From: Candidatus Doudnabacteria bacterium CG10_big_fil_rev_8_21_14_0_10_41_10
Lineage (GTDB): Bacteria; Patescibacteriota; Doudnabacteria; UBA920; 2-01-FULL-50-11
Direction of reading: 5' to 3'
Assembly: GCA_002773695.1 (NCBI GenBank)
Contig: PFAJ01000015.1
Location: 1-39,524 of the forward strand
Length of the DNA: 39,524 nt
The translations under genes were made by a program, and so were the position numbers. Shown here one piece after another: positions 1-8,750 of this stretch; within the stretch, counting starts at the first letter, position 1, and each line of letters begins with the position of its first letter. The notes below the pieces were generated by a model, which did not search any database, was not told the DNA's origin, and worked only from the letters and a program-made list of their open reading frames with translations.

Positions 1-1190
<1,190 letters not shown>

Positions 1191-1351
1191 CTAAGGAGTT
1201 ATCCTTAGCGAAGTTATGAAATAAGCAACGCAAGCCTGGCCTAGAGCTGGGACTCGCAATCGATTATTTTCGTAAACTCGTTATGGTCGATTTACTCTTA
1301 TTCTATAAGGGTAAACGGAATCAACTAACTTCCTGTCACTATCTATTGGTT

Positions 1352-1379
1352 AAAAAAATCGCCCCAAGGCGGTTTTTTT
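1352..1379 (+). terminator. Intrinsic terminator ending the 16S transcript
   Basis: AAAAAAATCGCC-CCAA-GGCGG-TTTTTTT hairpin plus U tract about 160 nt after the 16S end. Confidence 0.8.
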
Positions 1380-1393
1380 GTATGTACATAATA

Positions 1394-1477
1394 CTTTACA
1401 TACATAAATAAATGGCTCCTGACCCTTTTTTCTTTCTTTACATACATAAATAAATGGCTCCTGACCCTTTTTTCTTT
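1394..1477. repeat. 42-bp tandem duplication carrying the GCTCCTGACCC repeat motif
   Basis: CTTTACATACATAAATAAATGGCTCCTGACCCTTTTTTCTTT at 1394 and 1436; related motif at 12108-12170. Confidence 0.9.
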
Positions 1478-1498
1478 TCCTTTTTTCTTTTCTTTTGT

Positions 1499-1632
1499 AT
1501 CAGGTCCGTCGGCCCCATAAATTGGGCAACTACAAACCGACTATCTTTAAAAGGGAATATTTTTAAAATAATATTTTTGTTGTAGTTGCCTGATTTATCA
1601 GGCCGGTCGGCCCTATAAATGTGGCAACTACA
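1499..1632. repeat. GTAG-type REP/REPIN cluster
   Basis: TGTAGTTGCC (1581-1590) is inverted to GGCAACTACA (1623-1632); near-direct copies of ATCAGG..GTCGGCCC.ATAAAT..GGCAACTACA start at 1499 and 1597. Confidence 0.75.
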
Positions 1633-1728
1633 GCTGGTTATAAATTTATCAGGCCGATGAATCGGCAAATTTTCTCTATGGAATTTTGTGGATTTGGATG
1701 GAAAGGGATATACTGAAATTAAGAAGGT

Positions 1729-2382
1729 ATGGAAGGAGAAATAAAAAAAAGTTATCGGGTTGAATTTTCGGATGTTACTGTGAAGGTCCGGCCAATTCGA
1801 CATCAAAAGCAACAACAAAACAGCGCCTGGTGTAAAGTTGAGGGCGGGGTTTTTCTTTTACTGTTGAGTGTTTTCGTTGCTCTTGGAAGCTTTACTCCTC
1901 TGAAAATATCTTTAAATTCTATAAGTTCGGACAACTTGCGGTATACGGCTGTTTCTGTTGAAAAACAGATTGAACCAAGCAAATTTCCTATAAACGAAGG
2001 TTTGGGTGACCGATATATCCTGGTTAATTTACAAGAGCAAATTTTAAAAGCTTACGATCAAGGGAAAAAAGTTTTTGAGACAACGATTTTATCCGGGCAC
2101 AAAGACCGGCGGACTCCTCGGGGCGAGTTTAAAATAATTAATCAGTCACCCCGCGCTTACTCGCAGGTCGCGGATTTGTATATGCCTTACTGGATGGCTT
2201 TTACTCACGATGGCAAGTATTGGCTGGGCTTTCATGAACTACCTGAATATCCAGACGGTAGCAAAGAAGGTGAAGAAAATTTAGGCTGGCCGTATTCCGG
2301 CAGATGTATTCGCCTTGGCATAGGCGCAGCAGAGGAGTTTTATAACTGGTCTAAAGTTGGCGACAAGGTATTGGTTTATTGA
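1729..2382 (+). CDS. Membrane-anchored L,D-transpeptidase (YkuD family)
   Basis: TM segment, then ILVNLQEQIL..TPRGEFKI..MPYWM..GFHE..YSGRCIRL (His/Cys catalytic motif; SGRC in place of SHGC). Confidence 0.88.
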   Translation: MEGEIKKSYRVEFSDVTVKVRPIRHQKQQQNSAWCKVEGGVFLLLLSVFVALGSFTPLKISLNSISSDNLRYTAVSVEKQIEPSKFPINEGLGDRYILVNLQEQILKAYDQGKKVFETTILSGHKDRRTPRGEFKIINQSPRAYSQVADLYMPYWMAFTHDGKYWLGFHELPEYPDGSKEGEENLGWPYSGRCIRLGIGAAEEFYNWSKVGDKVLVY

Positions 2383-2407
2383 GAGGCAATTATCAAATAG
2401 TCAAATC

Positions 2408-2459
2408 AAAAATCGCCCTGCGTCAGTCAGCCGCGGCTGACTTGATCGGGGCGGTTTTT
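2408..2459 (+). terminator. Terminator hairpin with an embedded 29-bp palindromic repeat
   Basis: AAAAATCGCCC...GGGGCGGTTTTT enclosing CGTCAGTCAGCCGCGGCTGACTTGATCGG (2421-2449). Confidence 0.7.
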
Positions 2460-2534
2460 GAAATTATTAAAGTACGATGATTAATAACAGGTATTTTTTT
2501 CGACTTATTAACCCCTCTTGTCATTTTTTAGTAA

Positions 2535-2623
2535 GGTTTACAATTATAAGACAATTAAAAAAGATAGGTTTACAATCACTTGACAATTGATATCGTTACG
2601 GTTTACAATAACAATAAGTCAAT
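2535..2623 (+). promoter_or_regulatory. Sigma70 promoter overlapped by three phased GGTTTACAAT direct repeats (putative operator)
   Basis: GGTTTACAAT at 2535, 2567, 2600; TTGACA 2580-2585 and TACAAT 2604-2609 (18-nt spacer). Confidence 0.65.
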
Positions 2624-2647
2624 AATCGTCATATTTATAAACCATTT

Positions 2648-3685
2648 ATGAGTAATCTTGATAAGGAAAAAATTCTATCATTTGCCCAAAAAAAAGGTCA
2701 GATACGATCGAAAGATTTGGTAGGTAATTATAAAGTGTCACGTCAGTACGCTTCCTCATTGTTGAAGGGTTTAGTTAAAACCGGAAAATTATTAAAAGTA
2801 GGATCTACAAATAAAGCTTTTTATGTCCTTCCCCAGTACGCTTCAACACACCTTGAAGTGTTTCCTACACGGATCAGAAAAAAATATAAAAATAAGGGTT
2901 TGGAAGAACATGTGGCGCTCGATGATATAGAAAATGAGTTTCCCTTACTTTTGAAATTATCGGAAAATGTGCGAAGCATTTTTACCTACGCCTTTTCTGA
3001 AATGTTGAATAATGCTATCGAACACTCAGAGTCAGATTGGATTGAGATAGAAATAATATTAGAAAAAAAAGAGCTGAACTTTAAAATCAATGATTTTGGA
3101 ATTGGTGTTTTTAGAAACGTTATGAAGAAAAGAAGCCTTAATTCAGAACTTGAAGCTACGCAGGATTTATTAAAAGGTAAAACTACTACGCAACCAAAAT
3201 CCCATTCAGGCGAAGGAATTTTTTTTACTTCAAAAGCCGCGGATTTTTATGAATTAGAAAGTTATGGTTTCCAATTAGTTGTCGATAATAAAATAAACGA
3301 TGTATTTTTTAACAAGGTGAAAGCTGATAAAAAAGGGACAAGGGTTGGATTTACGATAGCGACAAGTTCGACTAGACACCTCAATCATGTTTTCAAAAAA
3401 TACACAAGTAAGGTAGATAGCGGAAGCGGTTTTGATAAAACCGAAATTCAGGTAAAGCTTTATACAATCGGAGGGGTCTATGTATCACGCTCGCAGGCAC
3501 GAAGAATAATAGCAGGATTGGATAAGTTTAGGTCTATTATTTTAGATTTTAAAAAGGTTCCCATGGTAGGACAGGCATTCGCCGATGAAGTATTTAGAGT
3601 GTTCAGGAATCGGTATCCCAATATAAAAATCAAGGCGATCAATACTAATGAAGAGGTTAAATTCATGATTGATAGAATTGAATAA
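2648..3685 (+). CDS. wHTH + HATPase_c + STAS-like (DUF4325-type) protein
   Basis: N-terminal HTH (VSRQYASSLLKGLVKTGKL), N box EMLNNAIEHS, DFGIG, HSGEGIFFTS, C-terminal SRSQARR..LDFKKV..GQAFADEVFRVF. Confidence 0.85.
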   Translation: MSNLDKEKILSFAQKKGQIRSKDLVGNYKVSRQYASSLLKGLVKTGKLLKVGSTNKAFYVLPQYASTHLEVFPTRIRKKYKNKGLEEHVALDDIENEFPLLLKLSENVRSIFTYAFSEMLNNAIEHSESDWIEIEIILEKKELNFKINDFGIGVFRNVMKKRSLNSELEATQDLLKGKTTTQPKSHSGEGIFFTSKAADFYELESYGFQLVVDNKINDVFFNKVKADKKGTRVGFTIATSSTRHLNHVFKKYTSKVDSGSGFDKTEIQVKLYTIGGVYVSRSQARRIIAGLDKFRSIILDFKKVPMVGQAFADEVFRVFRNRYPNIKIKAINTNEEVKFMIDRIE

Positions 3686-3738
3686 AATTGGGCATGTAAA
3701 AGGGGGGCGGCCCTTTTTTAAATACTTTTTAATAAATG

Positions 3739-3905
3739 TAGGACTTACGCACTTGCCGCTTTTTGGCCGGGCGGAGCCCGGCCCCGCCAAGCGGTTTGGC
3801 CAATTTCTTCGTTATTTTCTTGCGGTTTGCCTCGACGTAGCTACACTACGCCTTCGGCCAATCCTCGGAAAATGCCTCGAACTTGGCTCAAATGCGTAAG
3901 TCCTA
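3739..3905. mobile_element. MITE, 167 bp
   Basis: Perfect 13-bp TIR TAGGACTTACGCA/TGCGTAAGTCCTA (16/17 when extended), 5-bp direct repeat AAATG at 3734-3738 and 3906-3910, GC-rich interior, no transposase. Confidence 0.85.
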
Positions 3906-4058
3906 AAATGAATAAAATTGACGCAAAGGAAACAATTATATACGATTTTAATCAAAAGCCCTTAACAATAATAGGTAGCCCAAATATTCTCTAAAAAAAT
4001 TAAACTAAATTCCGGAAAAATGCTTTAACGGAAAAATCCTTGGTAACATATTCAGTAT

Positions 4059-4598
4059 ATGTATAACCAAATACTTAAAAAAAATATAATTGGGCAAGGC
4101 AGTAGGTTCGGATTAAAATTTGCTAAAGGTTTTACTTTAATCGAATTATTGGTAGTTATCGCGATTATCGGAATTTTAGCCTCGGTGGTTTTAGTGGCGC
4201 TCGGTCCGGCTCGGCATAAAGCCCGTTTTGCGCGCGTGGCCAGCGAACTCAAGCAGCTCGCCTTGGCCGCACAATTGGATTACGATGCCAATAACGGTTG
4301 GGCACCTAATACTTCTCCCGGAGTTGCACCAAGGTTCGTCGGTCCCTATATCGCAAGATTTCCAACCCCTCCGTGTTCAGGCTGGGTTTATGATTGGGAT
4401 AATTGGGCGCATCTTCCGCAAACCGGGCGAACCGTAAGGATGACCGTCCGTAAAAATTCCAATCCAAATGATAACAATAACTCCGTGTTCTATATCTGCC
4501 TTCAATCCTCGCTAGACTGTGGCGAAAGCTGGCATTTGGGCGGAGGCGGAGTCGATATTTATGAGACCTCGGTAAAGGAAATTACCTGCAATGAATGA
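4059..4598 (+). CDS. Type IV pilin / pseudopilin
   Basis: Class III signal [22 protein letters not shown]; Cys residues in the C-terminal domain. Confidence 0.92.
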   Translation: MYNQILKKNIIGQGSRFGLKFAKGFTLIELLVVIAIIGILASVVLVALGPARHKARFARVASELKQLALAAQLDYDANNGWAPNTSPGVAPRFVGPYIARFPTPPCSGWVYDWDNWAHLPQTGRTVRMTVRKNSNPNDNNNSVFYICLQSSLDCGESWHLGGGGVDIYETSVKEITCNE

Positions 4599-4660
4599 CC
4601 ATTGGGTTAAGTAGACAATAAAGAATGGTGTCTTCTCATAAGAAGTCGCCCTTCTTTTGT

Positions 4661-4723
4661 TAAACGGCTTTAGTTTACCGCGTTAGAAATAGTTTTCCAC
4701 TTTTCATCGGGGTGAGCCGTTTA
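4661..4723. repeat. Small inverted-repeat element (TAAACGGCT/AGCCGTTTA family)
   Basis: Ends at 4661-4669 and 4715-4723; the motif recurs at about 5958 and 19330-19417. Confidence 0.55.
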
Positions 4724-4928
4724 TTTATTATTTTCCAAAAAATCATCAGCGTTAAGCTGGTGGGGGTAGTTCGGAGAGAGTGCCATTATTACTTAGAAAC
4801 GATTTGGTTTTGTATTTAGGTTTTTGATTAAAAGTCTTGATAAAAAAATTATTATTTGATAATATATTAAAGTTGCTTGCCGGCAGTTTTTTTATCTAGC
4901 GGGTAGCAACTAAAAAAAAAGAGATACA

Positions 4929-5537
4929 ATGACAAAGATGACAAAGCTTTTGGCGATTTTGGTTTTGACTATAGCGGTTTCCGTTCCAGCTATGGCCGGA
5001 CCGCCGAGTAGCTGTGCCACCATCCAGCGTGGAAGCATCACTGACACCGCCGGCAACCCGATTTCGACCGGCTATGATCAGTGGGGCTACAATTATCAAG
5101 CCATGCTCTACAATGGCCTGTACGGGAATTTTTCTCGCCCCGCCCAACTGGTAACCGAGGGCGACAACCTCTCAATGAAGTGGAATGACGCTTGGCTTTC
5201 CAACAAGGATTGCGACAACGACGGCAAGCTCGACCGTCATTACGGCTTCGCAAGCTATAAAGGCTCGGGCGCTTGGCTGACCAACCACATGACCGGTAGT
5301 TATGAGGTCGACGGCAAGACCTATCATTGGTCGTACTTCGTCAAGATCGTCGCCGCTCCCGCTGACGCTGTGAATGTTGGAGGAGTGTGGCAGACGGCCG
5401 GTGGCGTGGAGATTGGCCCTGTGATCTGGGGCGAGTTCGCCATAATCCAAGAGGTCGAGAACGACCAAGGCGCGGGAGTTAACGGCGTGCAGTACAAGAG
5501 TCCTGCATCGCCGGGACTCGGTTCGTACAAGCATTAG
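4929..5537 (+). CDS. Secreted hypothetical protein
   Basis: Signal peptide ending VPAMA; DCDNDGKLD Ca-binding-like loop; Trp/Tyr/Gly-rich; visibly GC-richer codons than the neighbours. Confidence 0.8.
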   Translation: MTKMTKLLAILVLTIAVSVPAMAGPPSSCATIQRGSITDTAGNPISTGYDQWGYNYQAMLYNGLYGNFSRPAQLVTEGDNLSMKWNDAWLSNKDCDNDGKLDRHYGFASYKGSGAWLTNHMTGSYEVDGKTYHWSYFVKIVAAPADAVNVGGVWQTAGGVEIGPVIWGEFAIIQEVENDQGAGVNGVQYKSPASPGLGSYKH

Positions 5538-5558
5538 TCGTGAATCCTTTTCCGTAAT

Positions 5559-5586
5559 ACTGCTCGGTTTACCGGGCAGTTTTTTT
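5559..5586 (+). terminator. Intrinsic terminator
   Basis: ACTGCTCGG-TTTA-CCGGGCAGT-TTTTTT. Confidence 0.8.
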
Positions 5587-5701
5587 ATGAGAAAATAGAC
5601 AAAGCTTAATTTTTATGATATAATATAAATAAGTTAGGAGGGGTTCGACAAAGAAACAAAAATACAATTTAGTTGGGCGCCTTGAAAGGGGTGAATAAAT
5701 A

Positions 5702-5896
5702 ATGAAAAATAAATTTGCAGGCGCAATGTTGGTTTTTCTCTTAGTTATTACATTTTGGCCAACAGGTTCCGGAATACGAGGTATAATGGACTATAGGCTC
5801 AGTCTTCTTTCGGAAAAAGTTGACACTACTCAGTTTAGTGCGGTGATCCGTGATCGCTTGGAAGAAGTATTCGCACCAGCACCACCCACTCTTTAG
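5702..5896 (+). CDS. Small exported or membrane hypothetical protein
   Basis: SD-like GGGGTG upstream, hydrophobic N-terminus, upstream TAGACA..TATAAT promoter, downstream terminator. Confidence 0.6.
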   Translation: MKNKFAGAMLVFLLVITFWPTGSGIRGIMDYRLSLLSEKVDTTQFSAVIRDRLEEVFAPAPPTL

Positions 5897-5918
5897 TCAT
5901 TGAATAAGAAATTAGAGT

Positions 5919-5954
5919 AAACCGCCTACGGCAATATTAACCGTAGGCGGTTTT
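5919..5954 (+). terminator. Intrinsic terminator
   Basis: AAACCGCCTACGG-loop-CCGTAGGCGGTTTT. Confidence 0.75.
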
Positions 5955-5980
5955 GGTTAAACGGCTCAGTGAGCAATTTC

Positions 5981-6009
5981 TTGACAGGTACCCCCAGGGG
6001 GTATAGAAT
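5981..6009 (+). promoter_or_regulatory. Sigma70 promoter with a CsoR operator in the spacer
   Basis: TTGACA (5981)-17 nt-TAGAAT (6004); palindrome TACCCCCAGGGGGTA at 5989-6003 matches the CsoR/RcnR G/C-tract operator type. Confidence 0.92.
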
Positions 6010-6050
6010 AGAAGTGTAAAGTTAAAAATGTAAAATGCAACGTTAAAGTT

Positions 6051-6320
6051 ATGAAGAAAATTGTTAAAAAAAGGGCAATCCGCAGACTAAAGATCATTGA
6101 AGGGCAAATCCGGGGTTTGCAGAAGATGGTTGATGAGGAAAAATATTGTGTGGATATTATTACCCAGTCAATGGCGGTCAAACAGGCCTTGTCCGGTGTT
6201 GAAGGTTTGGTTTTGGAAAACCATTTATCCACGCATGTCGTTCATCAGATGAAGCATGGCGACGATAAAAAAGCCACAAAAGAATTACTTAAAATTTATA
6301 AGTTATCAAACAAATCATAA
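6051..6320 (+). CDS. csoR: CsoR/RcnR-family metal-sensing repressor
   Basis: RRLKIIEGQIRGLQKMV..YCVDIITQ..ENHLSTH. Confidence 0.93.
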   Translation: MKKIVKKRAIRRLKIIEGQIRGLQKMVDEEKYCVDIITQSMAVKQALSGVEGLVLENHLSTHVVHQMKHGDDKKATKELLKIYKLSNKS

Positions 6321-6324
6321 AAAT

Positions 6325-6804
6325 ATGAAGAAAAAAATAACCTATCTTATCGTTTTCGGATTAATCATTGGCGCTGGTTTTCTTTTTTACCAAACAGATC
6401 GTAACGGAGGACGTCTGGTTGATTCCGTTTTAGCAAGTACCGATATTACCGTGTACAAAACACTAACCTGCGGGTGTTGCGTAAACTATATTGGTTATGC
6501 CACTCGGCAAGGTTTGGAAATAAAAGCAGAGACCGTGAATAATCTTGAACAAATAAAAATGGACTATGAGATCCCAGAAGATATGTGGAGTTGCCATACT
6601 TCTATAATGGGAGATTATATAGTGGAAGGTCACATTCCGCTCGAAGCTGTTGAAAAGCTGGTTTCGGAAAAACCAGATATTCGCGGGATTGCTATGCCTG
6701 GCATGCCCTCTGGCTCCCCGGGGATGCCGGGTTCAAAAACCGGGCCGTTTGAAATTTATTCTCTCAACCACGACGGTAGCACCTCGCTGTTTATGAGTCT
6801 ATAA
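6325..6804 (+). CDS. DUF411 (CopG-like) exported metal-binding protein
   Basis: CGCC, SCHT, EGHIP and PGMPSGSPGM motifs; start moved to ATG 6325 just after the csoR stop. Confidence 0.88.
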   Translation: MKKKITYLIVFGLIIGAGFLFYQTDRNGGRLVDSVLASTDITVYKTLTCGCCVNYIGYATRQGLEIKAETVNNLEQIKMDYEIPEDMWSCHTSIMGDYIVEGHIPLEAVEKLVSEKPDIRGIAMPGMPSGSPGMPGSKTGPFEIYSLNHDGSTSLFMSL

Positions 6805-6806
6805 TT

Positions 6807-7334
6807 ATGGAAAAAATAGCCTTCCTTACATTTTTTGGATTATTTTTTTTGGTCACGCCGGCTTTTGCTCATTGTCCTTTGTGTACTATCGGGGCGGGGG
6901 TTATTGCGTCTATAGCCGCTTGGCTTGGGGTTAGCACTTTAGTTATCGGAGTTTTACTTGGTGCTTTTGCTACCGCGCTAGGACTTTGGATAGCGCGGAT
7001 TATTAAAAAGAAATATTTCCCACGGCAAGATTTGGTAGTCGCGGTTGTAATATTTTTATCTACAATTTCACCGATCTTTCCTATCGCTGGGGGAAAAAAA
7101 AGTTCAATTTATATTTCTCTTGTGGGGGATTATGGTTCACTTCTTAACAGAACCTATGTAATCGATTTGTTTTTGATGGGGTCTTTGCTCGGCGCTTTGA
7201 TTATGATCGTTTCTCCTTTTCTAAGCAGGAAAATTACAAAATGGCGAAAAGGTAAAATGTTTCCATATCAAGGGGTCACGATCACTTTTATTCTTTTAAT
7301 AATTACCTCAATAACACTCCAGTTCACCATATGA
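6807..7334 (+). CDS. Membrane protein with an N-terminal HCPLC motif
   Basis: Signal-like AFA-HCPLC, several TM helices, tight operon spacing. Confidence 0.8.
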   Translation: MEKIAFLTFFGLFFLVTPAFAHCPLCTIGAGVIASIAAWLGVSTLVIGVLLGAFATALGLWIARIIKKKYFPRQDLVVAVVIFLSTISPIFPIAGGKKSSIYISLVGDYGSLLNRTYVIDLFLMGSLLGALIMIVSPFLSRKITKWRKGKMFPYQGVTITFILLIITSITLQFTI

Positions 7335-7771
7335 ATTCTTTGTTGACAGTTTTTACAACAATCATCGCATTATTTTTTTTACTGCTCGCGGTAAAGAGTT
7401 TGTTTAAAGGAAAATTTTGCGTCATTTGCTCAAGTATCAGTTTTACCTGGGCAACTTATCTTGTATTAAATAAACTTGGATATTTTCAAGACACGGTTTT
7501 ATTGGGGATTTTGATGGGGCAGACTGTAGTGGGGATTTATTACCTTATAGATAGAAAAATAAAAGAAGACTTGCGCATTTTTCGGTTGCCTTTTATTTTA
7601 TCCCTGACACTGGCAGCCTACTTTACCCTTAATCCCGTAAAAGAGGGACTGCCTGTGTTTTTGTTGCTCGTGATTTTGTGGGTGGTATTTATTCTAACAT
7701 ATACTTTTAGGCGTCAGTCAGGTTTTGGTGGATTTGTGAAGAAAATAATTGAGTGTTGTAAAAATTGGTAA
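7331..7771 (+). CDS. Membrane protein with CxxC and C-terminal CC motifs
   Basis: FCVICS, IIECCKNW; ATGA overlap with the upstream gene. Confidence 0.8.
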   Translation: MNSLLTVFTTIIALFFLLLAVKSLFKGKFCVICSSISFTWATYLVLNKLGYFQDTVLLGILMGQTVVGIYYLIDRKIKEDLRIFRLPFILSLTLAAYFTLNPVKEGLPVFLLLVILWVVFILTYTFRRQSGFGGFVKKIIECCKNW

Positions 7772-7784
7772 TTAAACAAAAAAA

Positions 7785-8741
7785 ATGGCAAAAATAGATA
7801 ATTGCTGCCACGAAGAAGGTAGTCGCGGATCAGAGACTGAAAAAACCGAAGAAAGTAGATCAAATAATAATTTTTGGAAGATTATCGCTCTTGTCTTCAT
7901 CGCTTTACTTTTCGCAACGCAGGTTTTTGGCGTTAATATAAAATCACGGATGGTCGGGGTCATTGAAAGCTATCAAACGACAAAATTAGAGCAGGCGGTT
8001 TTGCCGGCAGGAGGGGTAGATTTGCCGGTAGTCTGGGGCGATTTGGGCGCGCAGATGGTTGCGGTTGGAGTTATAGATCCGCAAGAATTCGAAGAACTTT
8101 ATCAAAAACGAGAGGGGTTAAGCGACGAGATGAAGGCCGCGCTTTATAGTTCCAATAACGGACGGATTAAAATAACCTCTGACAATGCTCACGTATTGCT
8201 AAATTTATTATGGGCTTTTGGGTTAAGTAATAAAAATTCTATATTGGAAGAAGGCCCAATGGTAGACGAGAAGTATGGCGGGGATGCCGGCAAGTTCGCC
8301 TCTACCGGCGGGTGGAGCCTTGGTATTGGCTCGGCCATGGATCATTACAGTGCGCATGAGTTTGCCGTTTTGACCCCGGCGCAACAAGAACTCGTGGAGA
8401 GAGTTTCAAAAAATATTTATCGTCCGTGTTGCGGCAATTCGGTTTATTTCCCCGACTGCAACCACGGCATGGCAATGCTGGGACTTTTGGAATTGATGGC
8501 CGCCCAAGGCGTTGTGGAGGATGAGATGTATAAAGCGGTTTTGCAAGTGAATTCTTTTTGGTTTCCCGACACTTATTTAACTATTGCTAAATACCAGAAA
8601 GAGAAACACGGGATTCCATGGGATCAAGTTAGTCCCAAAGAAGTTTTGGGCTCGGTATTTTCCAGCGCGGCCGGCTACCAGGGAATTTTGGCAGAGATTG
8701 AGCCGCCAAAGGCAGGCGGAGGGCCAAGTTGCGGAGTATAA
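7785..8741 (+). CDS. Membrane-anchored Cys/His-motif hypothetical protein
   Basis: TM anchor; IYRPCCGNS..PDCNHGMAM; C-terminal GGGPSCGV. Confidence 0.82.
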   Translation: MAKIDNCCHEEGSRGSETEKTEESRSNNNFWKIIALVFIALLFATQVFGVNIKSRMVGVIESYQTTKLEQAVLPAGGVDLPVVWGDLGAQMVAVGVIDPQEFEELYQKREGLSDEMKAALYSSNNGRIKITSDNAHVLLNLLWAFGLSNKNSILEEGPMVDEKYGGDAGKFASTGGWSLGIGSAMDHYSAHEFAVLTPAQQELVERVSKNIYRPCCGNSVYFPDCNHGMAMLGLLELMAAQGVVEDEMYKAVLQVNSFWFPDTYLTIAKYQKEKHGIPWDQVSPKEVLGSVFSSAAGYQGILAEIEPPKAGGGPSCGV

Positions 8742-8750
8742 TAAATTTAT

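Noticed and set aside
1191-1350. tRNA in the spacer
   Set aside because: No cloverleaf or T-loop GTTCRA found.
1394-1477. Possible CRISPR array
   Set aside because: Only two abutting copies, no spacers, no cas genes.
3542-3899. ORFs 3669-3899 and 3542-3790
   Set aside because: They run through the MITE and the end of the upstream gene; no transposase motifs.
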